A stretch of DNA of 64,000 nucleotides from Camelus ferus (lineage: Eukaryota). The notes beneath the pieces were generated by a model that ran no database searches, was not told the DNA's origin, and saw only the letters and a list, made by a program, of their open reading frames with translations. Of the stretch, positions 40,058 through 52,700 are shown in pieces. The translations under genes and the position numbers were made by a program. Numbering within the stretch: position 1 is the first letter of the stretch; each line of letters opens with the position of its first letter. The DNA lies in NCBI RefSeq assembly GCF_009834535.1, contig NC_045696.1:29514001-29578000 (forward strand), written 5' to 3'.

Positions 40058-41794
40058 CTAAAATATTAGAGAAATATATATTTAAGCACAATGTGTATAG
40101 TGTTTTCCTTAATTGTTATATACCCTTTGCTAAGAGTGTTAATTAAATCAAAATCTCTATCTTAGGAATCATGATGTACAAAGAAATATATCATATAAAA
40201 ACCCAGAAAATTGCTAACATTCACCTCATTTGTTTGATAAAATTCATTCTAAAAGGAAAACTTATTAAATTTCTTTAGCCTCAAAATTACTCAGAATCTG
40301 GGAAAAACTAAGAAAAAAATGTGTAACTCTGTTTCTTGTTCAATGCTCTATCCTCAACAAACATACACTGATTACTACATAGTAGTGTTTATCAAAAAAA
40401 AAATCTGTTACTTATCTCTGAATTTTCAAGATTTTTCATGTAATATAACCAGTGACATAGTTTCACCTTTTAGGAAACATAATTTCATTATCAGTAGAAA
40501 ACTACCCTCAGCCTTTAGTGTTTCTCGCCTGAAAATATTTTCTTATTCTACAATTTCAAACAGATATAGTTCAGAATAAAAAGTAAAAGAAAAAAATACA
40601 TTTAAAATCAACTATAAAATAAGCAATATAACATTGAGTAGACTATTGTTTTGTGAGGGTAAAAAAAAAAGAGATCTAATTACTAAAAAAAAAAATACAT
40701 GTTTAATAAAGTAAAAAGTTCTACAAGTTAAAAAGTCCTTATCCATAAAAACAGAAAGAAAACAAAGAACTATTATAACTCAATTAAAAACACCACACGC
40801 AACAAGACTATTTTGGACAATTGAAAAGAGGGCATCATCAGTTAGTATTTTCTTTGGTCATACAGTTATGGTTGAGTTCTCTATCTCATTATAACTGTGG
40901 TTTTAAGACTTTAATACCTCATTTAGTTTAATGACAAAGCAGTAATAGTGTACACAATTCTTTAACCCATTTGAAATTTATGTATTTTTTTTTTAACCTT
41001 CCATACATTAAAGCAATCTGACATAAGTGGAGATTAAGTCATCACAATCGGCTTCAGAATTATAAATCGAAACCTTGGGGAAAGATGAGTGTTGTTAGTA
41101 ATTAACTGCTTTAAGTAAAGTTACTTTGAGTTTTGAAGAGTTACTGAAAGCTAAAAAAAGAAATGAAAAAACAGATATCCAAGCAATCAAGCAGACAAGA
41201 AAGGGAGCCAAGAGGTTCTAGATTGTTGGGTCCAAGCCAAGATGAAGGTAGAATTTGCTAATGTTGCCATTAAGGCATATTCACTTAGGATTTAAAGACA
41301 AAATATTCTGTTTAACAAAAAGAAATGAATACAAAGAGGCATTCTACAAGATCAAAATCACTCCATTTTGTAAGGGGATTTCTAATATCTATACTTTTTT
41401 GAAATTTTTTTAAATTAACAAATTTTATTTTTTTAGAGCAGTTTTGGGTTCACTGCAAAAAGCACGTCTATACTTTTTTTTTTTTAACAAGGTTTCAATA
41501 TGGGTATTTCAGAATGAAGACAGGAATAAATTTGCTCATCAAAAATCTTTGGTAAACAATATTTTTAAAAAGATACATTTTTCTAACTTGTCTATTTGAT
41601 TGGTAATGTATATTTTATTTCTGAAAGGTAAAATGAAAGTTGTTTATTGCCCAAAATACTCCCAAGCAGGAACAAAATGTGTTTAAATACTAAATATCTT
41701 GGGGGTAGACGTGTAAAGATAGAAATATATAAACCACAGATCACAAACTGGCCCTGGCTGACAGACACCACTGTTCTGTTTAGCTTGCACAGGA

Positions 41795-42029
41795 CAGTTG
41801 ACTCTTCAACAACATGGGTTCGAACCACACAGGTCCACTTATACAAGAATTTTTTTTCAATAAATATACAGTCAACCCTCTATATTCTCAGATTTTGCAT
41901 CCCTGGATACAGAGGGCCCACCAAATTCACCACACTATGCTGTTTTATATAAAGAACTTGAGCACCTGTGGATCTGGCATACAGTGGGGCTACTGGAACA
42001 AATCACCTGCAGATACTGAGGGACAACTG
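41795..42029. mobile_element. Tigger2/MER8-like MITE
   Basis: CAGTTGACTCTTCAACAACATGGGTTCGAAC...GATACTGAGGGACAACTG|TA. Confidence 0.8.
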
Positions 42030-42713
42030 TACTTGAAATTTTTCAATTTCTGTAGATGGAACACATACTTTCTGGTTCCTCCCAGACATAAATGTCACGA
42101 ACTGATTGTTTTCCAGGTAGACACAAGTTCAAATGTGAAAACTGTGTCCTAATATCTACAAAGATAAAAGAAAAGAGAAAAAAAGCTACTGATGCTACAA
42201 TTCGATAAAAAGCAAAAAAGGAGGTGATGTGAATTTAATAACTGAAAAGAAAGTATTGCCCAATATCACAGAGTTGATTAAGGGAAGAGTTACTAAATGT
42301 CCCACTGATTCCAGTTACTGCAGTACTGAATCTATTTCCTTCCTGACCAAAAGAAGTTACAACACTGCATTTAACATAATTGGCTGTAACTATGTGAGTA
42401 GATAGACTATCAGTATGAATCAACAGAAAAAGAATTTCTTTTGATAATCAGAAAAGAAACATTAATGAAAATGGAGCATATAATTAAAAAGTTCAACTGG
42501 GTTTAAAAAACATTAAATTCTATTCTTTGGACTCTAAAATGCTCTTAACATAAAGTGTAAACAACATAAACAATTCTTTAATAAATCACCACTAGATTAA
42601 ACTGATAGAAGTAAATCATATTTGTAGTGCTTCCAAAATAATTTATTTTATTATATTTTATGAATCATTAATAAAATATAAAATAGATGTGTTGTCTATA
42701 GAGACAGAAGATA

Positions 42714-43041
42714 CAGCTGACCTTTGAATAAAATGGGTGTGAACTGAGTAGGTCCACTAATACATGGATTTTATTTTTCAGTAAATATAGTATCTGTATT
42801 TTTATTTTACATATCTTTAAATAAGTGTGGGGGAAAGTTTGTGTTTACTTAGAGATCACAAATATATGGAATCAAAATAACTAGGGTTTGAGTCCTGATT
42901 CTATCCAAAATGTTTCAGCTTCCTGCCCTTGGGTGAGTTATTCATCCGTTTCTTTGCTTTTGAGGCAGAGATAGCAGGATGTGGGTTTCAATTGTGCAGG
43001 GGTAGGTGCACCTAAACTCCAAGTTGTTCAAGGGTCAACTG
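42714..43041. mobile_element. Tigger2-derived non-autonomous element (Tigger2a-like)
   Basis: TA|CAGCTGACCTTTGAATAA...GTTGTTCAAGGGTCAACTG|TA: TIRs and TA TSD. Confidence 0.85.
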
Positions 43042-43114
43042 TACACAAAATTTTACAGGAGAGCAAACAATCTAGAATTAAAATAGTAAAGAAATAAAAT
43101 CTGTAATTTTAAAA

Positions 43115-43176
43115 TTTATTTTTAATAATTTATTCTTATTTTATTTTATTTTTTGGAGGGAGAGGAGGTAATTAGG

Positions 43177-43211
<35 letters not shown>

Positions 43212-43278
43212 TTTTAATGGAGGTACTGGGGATTGAACCCAGGACCTTGTGCATGTTAAGCACACACTCTACCACTGA
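43115..43278 (-). mobile_element. Camelid-type tRNA-derived SINE with (AAAT)n tail
   Basis: Reverse complement reads TCAGTGGTAGAG...GGTCCTGGGTTCAATCCCCAGTACCTCCATTAAAATAAATAAA...CCTAATTACCTCC; same family as 55672. Confidence 0.88.
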
Positions 43279-43984
43279 ATGTTTTATTTTTAACAAAATA
43301 TTAAGAACTACATTCAGGAAAAAAAAAATCAGATCTAAAATTTTAAAGTTAGAAACAGCAAATGGAAGGTAAAAGTTAAAAGTATTATTTCATTGGTTAT
43401 ACATATCTTCTAAAACTAGATTATTAAAAGGAGTTAAGTAAAAAAATAAACTTATAAGGATAATATTTTATAAATAATTAACCTTTGTTTAAGAAAAAAA
43501 ATAAACTACCAGTGCAGGAAACAGGGGGAAAGACAGTCTCAAAATAATGTTCCCAGTATTTCTGTAGTCCAAATTTTGTGTCTCTTACCATCTTAGCATG
43601 ATAAATCTAAGACAGACTGATTCACTCATTGTAAACTCAGTGTACTGATGAAACTAATTTTAAAACACAGATGGCTTGCATTCAAGTCACAAAATCAGGG
43701 CTTTGAGACCAAACAAGACAGAGAACCAGTAAGACTGAGGTCTGAGCCTATAAATAACCAGACTATACACATGAGTACTTGTACATGGACACAATCCAGA
43801 ACTCATAAAGTTGAAAAATAGTAGGCCATGGAGGGTTAACACTGTCATTAGAGAGAAGATGCAGCTTTCTTTTTTTCTTTTTCTTACACTATGTAAACAT
43901 CCAACTTAATGTTGACAACGTATTTGATTATTATATAAATATATTTACCCCAGGTCAATGAACTTAAAATTACAAGAGGAAAGC

Positions 43985-44273
43985 TGTGCCAAGGGTCCTC
44001 CAGATCACCTCCAGGTTCAGTGAGTCACTGGAAAGACTTACAGGACTTAGCATAGAGTTTATTACATACAGTAAAAGGACAAAAAGCAAAATCAGCAAAG
44101 GAAAGGGCACATGGGGCAAAGTCTGGGTTCTAGGAGTAAGCTTCCTAGAGTCCTCCTCTCCTGATGGAGTCGCATTTAACTCCTCTGGCAATAAACTGTC
44201 ACACTTGTGAAATGTTGTGCACCAGAGAAGCTCATTAGTGACTCAGTTCTCAGCAAATGTATTGGGGGATGGT
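43985..44273 (-). mobile_element. MER21-like ERV LTR 3' portion
   Basis: Minus strand has AATAAA...GGACCCTTGGCACA (LTR end in CA). CAAAATCAGCAAAGGAAAGGGCACATGGGGCAAAGTC is typical of MER21. Confidence 0.75.
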
Positions 44274-47200
44274 GGAATCTTACTATATAATCTTATGCTA
44301 AAAATCTAAACATAAAGGATCTCCAGCTGAAGCACTCTGTTCTGTACCATTCAGCAGTCATGTGGACAATGAAATTATTAAGCTTATAAATGGATGAACT
44401 AGTTCACTGAATCTAAGATTTGCCTCTTGATTAGAACACCAGAACAAGCTTAAGGAATATATACCAGTGAAAATATAGATTTCTCAAAGATGTCTATTAC
44501 TATTTCTACTGTCATAATTTTCAAACTCAGCACCCATAAATTCCATTTTTCCTTCTTTGAGGGGGCTGAGAAGGCTTATGATGTATTCTAAATTATGACT
44601 GAATTACAAATAACACTCAATGTGCTCTGTAGTAATAAATGAAGTGAATCATCTCAATTGAATGGTTTGCCTTGAGTCAAACTAGGAAAATGTCTAGCAA
44701 AGGGTACAATAAAAAAGGCAATTTACTTTTTCGACTTCAAAATGTCATCAGACAGCCCATAACACAGTTGATATATCTAGTTGATTAGTGTCTCATAAAA
44801 ATATAGAGCAGAATTTAAGAGCACAGTTTTACTCTGGGGTGCGTCAGCAAGCAAGGTGGGGCTTTCACTAAGATTATTCCACTGACAAGAGGCTTTTAAA
44901 GTCTATCCTTAGAAACCACAAAGCAGCCTAGTTTCCAAACAACTGGAGGAGTCGGATGCTAACTTTTAGAAGGTAATGCTAAAAAATATATACCTTAGTG
45001 GCCAGCTTGAATGTGTTTGAGAAGTAACCTATTTTAGTTATGAGCTTTATATTCTAAACTAATTAACACATAAATTGGAAGTAAATACTATGTCATCCAT
45101 ACTGCCTAAGATCGACTGATTAGCTTACTCACATATTTTTATGAGGCAAAAGCAAAATCCCTAATATCCAGAAAAAGTTTATGAAATGCAGCTAACTTTC
45201 CTGTGAATCATAAACCACTAAAAATGTTTAAATCACAGATGTCTGATACAGAAACTGAATACATCCATGGATAATATATACATTTAAGGATTTCTGGCAA
45301 TCAGAATAATCAGGATTCTAATTGGTTTGGATGTCTGAAATATTCAACCTGTAATCAAGTAATGAGGATTTATTAAGGAAATTTTGTCACACACAGATAA
45401 TTCCAATATTAAGGTTTTTAGGAAATATCCCAGAAATCAAAAACTGTTGAGTGTCTCACATTTTGCCAATGAACTTTGTAATGAAATAAAACATAGTTAA
45501 ATTTTCTTGGGAAGCAAGTATAATCTCATGTAACAACATTTATTAGATAAAGTTTTGTAATTCAAAACTATTTGCCTAACGTTGTGTTTATTTGTAGTCC
45601 TGAATAACTTCTAGGATTTTCAAAATCAGCAACTCAGTTCACTGGACGTTACTAACCCTACTAATATTGTATACTAATAAATAGGAGACATGATTAAGCA
45701 GTGGCTAAATATCAAAAATACAAAGAAAGACTATATATTCCTCTTAGCTATCCACAGTCTTTGAAGCCAAAATGGCTATTAAATAGTACATTATAAAATC
45801 TGAAAGCAAAAATTACATGTTTTGATCTGGATATTTCAACTGAGGCAGCAGACTGATCTTGAACAAAGAACATACACTGAGATTTTTTTTTCTTATGTAG
45901 AAAAGGTATAGCATATCAAATACAAGAATCTTAAATCACAATGAAAATAACATTTTTTAAGGAAGATATTTTAAAATGTCATCATTGAAAAGCAGGTAAT
46001 ATCTAATCTATTTTTTTTAAGTAAAAAAAAACTTCATCTATCAATTTAACTTTAATTAAATTAACCAATAAAGGGAAAATGCTATATTTTTGCTTTTTAA
46101 TTTGTCAACAGAAATTAAGCTTTGTCAGTCAATTGGTATTGAAAAAAATTTAAAAGATCAAAAAGTGATTATTCGTATCTAATACAACATAGTATCATCT
46201 ACAATAAAACGTATCTGGGTTTTTAGACACAGAATTATATTGAGGCTACTGTATATATTAATTTCAGATAAAATTCGGTAGCAAGTAACACACAACTCTA
46301 ATGAGATAAATTGTTAATTCAGCTACTAAAAATCTATAATAATATGAATTTCAGAATATAGGTTTTTATTATAAAATATGACTTTGAAGTTTTCTTTTCT
46401 ATATCACATTACTTTTTGGATTTCAACCTGCACAACTTTATTTCATTTAAATTTACTATTTAATCATATTATATCTACTGAGCTCTGCTTATCTATATTC
46501 ATTAATACAATTATGAATTTTCTTTCCCTTAAGGCCTAAATTGTAGCTAGCTTATTAAATATTGAATGAAAATTACCTCTGTTTGTATTATCTATAAGTC
46601 TACTCGGGTATTCTCTAGGAAATAAGTAGGAAAGGATAGCATATTGTACCTTTATATGATAAATGCTGCCAATTATACTTTAACCAAAAAAAAAAAAAAA
46701 AAATACCGGACTTGAGAAATTTTCAAGTCTCTTTTTTTCTCTAAATTTATATTTTTAACAACCTGCTCAAGTAAGATTAGAAAAAGGTAAACTTCAAGGG
46801 GAGTGTGGTTGTATCTGTATACATGTATGTGTCAGGAAGAGGGGCGGAGTGAGTAAAGGACCAGCAGTGAAAGCAAAAGTGAGTTTTCAGTCTGATACCA
46901 AAAAAAAGGGACAACTCTAAAATAATTACCCACTCTGATAACTATTGCATTGAGTGATTTAGATTAAAATTAATACATTTCCATATCATTTATTTTTAAG
47001 TTGATTTGTATTTCTTTGTTTCCTCACAAAGATTTTTACTAAAGCATTAATGGTTATAAAATATAGTATTAAAATTTGGGCAAAACTTGGAAACATCTTT
47101 TTCAAATTAGAGAAGCCAAAAAGTTGAGCAGTCCAAGGTCCAGAAAGTAGAAAGCCAAGCTAAGTCATCCCCTATAATGAAACATAGGTGAAGTACTATG

Positions 47201-50200
47201 TGAAATTATTACATATCTCATCTGAACAAAGCGTTACTTTTCTCCAGAATAAATCACTACAGCTTAGCTAATTACATACGCATACAAATAGGCATATAGA
47301 TACACATTCATGTTTTTCAAACAAGGTTAAAAATACTACCTTATCTATAGAATGAAGATAATTACTAGTCCAGATTAAAACTGATAGTGACTTAAACACA
47401 TATAGATATTTATTATTGGCAAATATTAAACCATAATAGGTAATTAAACCATAATAGGTTAAAAGCATATTTTAATGGAAAGAGTAACTATTCATATATT
47501 TCTTCTTTTTTATTTTTACCCTTCTGATGGACTTATTTCTAATAGATTAACTAATATTTAAGTAAACTATTATAATACTTCTAATATAGAAAAATACATT
47601 CATGAGCTTGATAATTTTCCATCATCTTATTAAAATTTATAATTAGATACATAATGTTTATTTACTTATTTTTAGCCAGCTTCATTTCAAAAGATGACTT
47701 GAGGCAACTTAAAGATAAATACATCTAAACAGCACCAAAAGTAAATGAGAAACATACAGGTGAAGGCGAATAAAGATCTTGCAGATAAAGAGGAGGTATA
47801 AAGCATCTGGGAATTAATGTTTTTTTCTAGTCTGAAATAATTATTTTATAAACTATAGTGACTCTAAGAGGATTTTCCTTGGCTATCACCCCCAAATAAT
47901 ATTTTAAGACAATATTAAAGGAAAATATGATTATAGTTTATATAAAGCTAGAGATAGACTACTAAGGAAGTTGTTTTTAGCATGCAAAAATGTATGCAGA
48001 GACTAGAAATGGAGAAGCAGTCCAGGGAGGAGATGAACTGAGGAATGAGTATCAGTTGCACAGGGATAGAGGCAAGGCCAGGTGAAAAAAAGAGAGGACG
48101 CCCAGCTCCTCAGGAAATGGTGTGTGTGTTGGGGGGGGGTGGGAGGAAGGGGATGAGGAAAACTCTAGTGGAGGGCTGCTATTAATCACATTTAAATTTC
48201 AATTATCAATCCTTCAGCAGTTTTCACCAACCTTGCTAAATAATATATGTCTCTTTAATGTATTATTTGTACACAGCCCTACAAACAAAGGGGGTTAGCA
48301 TTTAATGGGCTGGCTGGAGTATAGAATAGATTATATGGATGTTATATAGGAAAGAAAAAGAAATTCAAATTCACTGAGTGTCGATGGCTTCCAGATCCCA
48401 CATATTACAGCCTCTTTCCCAACCAAGTCTCAGCTTTTCTGGACTCCTGCCCCAACTACTGGCCTCTCAACAGGTCTCTGCTCTTTCTGTCAGTCTTGAG
48501 AATCCATTCCTTCTCTCTCTCTCGCTCTCTGTGGCTCCTTCATCCTTAGACTAGCCATATGATTTCTTCTTTTTTCTTCTCCTTCTTGTTCCTTTTCTAA
48601 CCTCTTCTCCTCTCTCCTCTTTCTCTCTTGTCAGCCTCTCTTCCTTTTAAATCATCATTGATGGGGCAAAAGCGAAAGCCTAGCAAACTAAACTAGCTGT
48701 TGCTTTAAATTTGTTAAATAAAAAATAAATATTTAATTATTTTGAAAAAAACTAAAGGTATCAGGTGCCCTGGTTTGATGCATTTTATGAGAAAATTATG
48801 TCAGACTTCACTTAATGAAAATCAAGGAGGCATTTTTAACACATACACACACACACAGACACATATTAACACACATATAGCACTGAGCTTGGGGCAGGGT
48901 GAAGAAAACTATCCAATTTTGCAAAAATTGGTATAAACAAAAAACCTCCCTGAACCTCAGAGTGATGATTTTTGAAAAGACGGTACTAGACTATTTGTTC
49001 TTCTAATTTTGTATTTCCTAATCTTTTTTTTTTAAATTAAAGTGAAAGATTAATTCAAGATAAAAATTTTCCGAGTTTTGGGATACAGAGTAATTTGAAT
49101 CACTTCACTATATGCTAAGATCTAAAAGTTCATCACATCAAATAATGTATTTTAGACATTAATGGAATTCTAGATGACATGGAAAGATAAAAACACATAC
49201 TGAAATACAAAGCCATGCAGCCCATCCTCCCCACAAAAAGTCAAATATAAGAATTATTGGTCATTCCTCTCCTATCCAAACTCTACCTATTACTCAAATC
49301 TCAGTATAAGCATCACAAAATTTTCCTGAAAATTCCTTACATTAGCACTATGTGAAAGACGACAGGAGATAAACTGGTTCATATAATCGGTCCTCCCAAT
49401 ATAACTATAAACATCTATGTGGTAGGAACCATGTCCGATACATTTTTTTAAATTAATTTTAAATAAATTGACCTGAACTGAATTAATAAGGTACATAGAA
49501 AGTTAAGAAACTCAAATAAAGCCAATATTAACTCTGAAGCAGTTAAAAACAAAACTAATATACATTGCTTAAGAAATTTTGTTTTCAGAGTCATTGCAAT
49601 AGGAAACGGAAATTAAGAACAACAAAACTCTTGACTACATCGGAATAAATGCAACTTAAAGATTACAGTACTTTGGAAACCTACAAAAGTGGCTATGCAG
49701 TTAGTATGATGTACATAGGCTTTTAGAAGGTTATTTTCACGAAGAAAACTAAGTAAGAAATTATCTTTTTGAAATACTCAGATTAGATTATCCTCTTCCT
49801 TTTTCCCCATAGTTTACAATTCCTGTTTAGGGGCCTTTTACAACATGTTTACCACTATGAAATGTAAAATCATTAAACTTCACTAATCCTATTTCCTTAT
49901 TAATGCATGAATTTGTTTACTGTAGGTTTTAACACACGTGGGCATTCATCCGAAACATATACCCCAATTAAAAAAAAAGGTAATATATCCTAGCCTCTAG
50001 TTAGAGTAAATTCAGATTGGCCTGCATGTGTAGTCTACATTGGAATAAGAATGCTTATGATTAAATATTGAAAATTTCCCCAAATGTTACATAAATCTCT
50101 GGTGACGACAACAAAAGAAAGAAACCACAAAAACATCGGTATCCTTAAGGAATCATCAGCTTCTTTTTGTTTGCTCCAGTTATAAATTTTGCATTTGCAC

Positions 50201-50554
50201 ATTGCTGCCTAGATTTTCAAAGGGTTCTGCAATGATTAATTTAACAATCTACCCATATTGCTGTAATATAGCTGAGAACTTTTACATATATATATAATTT
50301 ATAATATCCATATCAAGGACAGCTTCCTGGGCAAAAGAAGACTTCCAACATTCAGAACTGTTATTAGTGCAGAAATGGGGAAGCATCACCAAAGTACGAC
50401 TACTCAAAAACTGACTTTTCAAGCTTAGGTGCCTTTCCCCCAAGGATATACAGAAATATACACAAACCAATGGTGTGTCTTCATGAGAGTCAATTTGATT
50501 TGATGATTGGGAGGTAAACAAAACAAATTTTTAAAAATTCTAAAAACCACAAAT

Positions 50555-50990
50555 ATGTATTGATTTATTAAATGCCGGACCTTATATGAAGTTCTTTGTG
50601 TGGATTATTCCATGGAATTCTCACAAGAATCCTCAGATGTATGCACATGGTAAGGGTTGGCAAACTTATTTATAAAGGGCCAGATATAAATATTTAAAGG
50701 CTCTGTGGGCCACACGCAGTCGCAGCCTGTGTTGCAATGACTCAGCTCTGCTGTTGTTGGGTCTAAGAGGTCACAGACAATGTGTAAAGGAATAAGTATG
50801 ACCGTATTTTAATAAAACTTTATTACAAAAACAGACAGCAGCCAGATTTGGCCCACAGGACATCGTCTGCTAACTCCTGCAACTGAAATTCACATATGCC
50901 CAGTGTCCATATGTAACGTTCACAGGGCCGCAAAGCTGGCCAGTGATGAAGTCAGAATCTGAACTCAGGTTTCTTATTGCAGAATCAAAG
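50555..50990 (-). mobile_element. MIR SINE split by a MER58A
   Basis: AATTCTCACAAGAATCCT before and GCTGGCCAGTGATGAAGTCAGAATCTGAACTCAGG after the hAT element. Confidence 0.5.
50651..50879. mobile_element. MER58A-like hAT-Charlie MITE
   Basis: AGGGTTGGCAAACTT...AAAGGGCCAGATATAAATATTT...GCCAGATTTGGCCCACAGG...TGCTAACTCCTG. Confidence 0.85.
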
Positions 50991-52529
50991 CAGCCTGCTA
51001 CTATTCATTTTCACCTCTTGACAGCAATTTGAAGAGCAATTTGTGGTAAAATAAACACAAATCTATTCTGAAGTAAAAGGCAAAGTGACAAATTTATGAG
51101 AGATTAAAACAATAGATGAAACTTCACATCTGCAGTGGATGCCGGTCCTGGGAAATAAAAGTTTGGGTTCCTCAGAGTATTAGATATGTGGTGAAAATCC
51201 TGAGGGGACTTTAGCTTGTGCTTACAAAATTAACTTTTTAAAAGAGCTCCAAAATAATCTTAAATGTCTATGGTGTGTTTCAGGATTCTTTTTTCATAAG
51301 TAAAGATAGAGGAAAAATTGCCAAAGTCACCCACCCAGAGTTATACACAGTTATCAACTGCCCAGGCACTTTGCAAATGTACAGTGTGCCATCAGGTTGA
51401 GGTTAATGACCCACATTCAGGCCAAAATCGTGCCCAGTCAGGGCAACCTGGCCCTATTAAGTAAGTCCCATCTCACCTGGGATAAAATCCAATCTACAGT
51501 CCTGGTTATAAGGTCTAAAATGACCTACCACCTATTTAATACTGTGACTTGCTACCTTCCACTAAGTGCCACTACAGTGGCCTTCTGTCTGCTCCTCAAG
51601 CACAGTCAGCTCATCTCAGCTATAAGGACTTCACACCTCTGCCTGGAATTCTCTGCTTGAGTCAGACCCCAGCTCAAACGTCTAGCAGATTTTAATCAAA
51701 TGTGACCTCTGAGAGGCCTTCTCTGGACACCCACGGATCATATGTAAGAAACTCTCTCTTAAGCAAGCAATGTTATAATCGTGGTGCATCTACAGTTAGT
51801 TTTATATTAGCCCCTCGAGTCCCTTAGAATTAAGTCTGTCACTTTTAGCAAAATTAGTTTTTGTTGCTAAAAATCTCTAAATTGGGTACCTGTTGAATAT
51901 CAGCATGTCACTATTCATACAACTGCCAAGGTCTTCTGGATCAGTGGTCAGCTGTCCCATGCCAGACCGTTATTTCCACACTAAGAGGGACTCTGCAAGC
52001 TAAAGGCTATGGTCTTATCTATTATACACAGATTATGGGTTATGTCGCATTAAAAAAAAAAACAAAAAACAAAACAAAAAAACCTTTGCACAGTATGAAA
52101 AAAGTAAGAAGAGGCACTATCTAGTTAAATCGACTGTGCTTCTTCCACTGAAAATAGTTCTTGAGAGAGATTTTATTTGAGAAATATAAATTCTACATGT
52201 TACCCTTTGATTAAATCAGGTAGTTAGAAAAGCTGCTTATTGGAGCTATACCATCTTCTCCCTTTCAGAAAAGTCCTCTCACAGTACACTGTCAATACAT
52301 TTTACAGCCTGCACTGAAGACCACTGAATAGGTTTGTGACATTGGCATGTAGAACTGTCATTGTGAACAACTACATTACTCAACGGCCCCCAAACAATGA
52401 GCTACACAAGATAACTGTCAGAGTCAGGCTATGTCTGTTGACTCCTGAAGATGATTTCCTCTACCCTTTGGCTGCTGGCAGTTTGCATGCTGGGGAGATA
52501 AGGAACAGAAAACTACCCTTTACTGAGGT

Positions 52530-52700
52530 CTTTAATAGGTCAAATGCTTTATCCATATAATCGTATCTAATTTTTCTTTACACTTATACTGAGGGTTATC
52601 ATTCTCTAATGACAGGTGAGGAAGCTCAAGACAAGAGATGTTAAGCGATTTTCCAAAATCACCTGAACAGATAAGTGAAGGATTAGGGTACTAGCAGACA
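52530..52700 (-). mobile_element. MIR SINE
   Basis: GACAGGTGAGGAAGCTCAAGACAAGAGATGTTAAGCGATTTTCCAAAATCAC. Confidence 0.6.
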
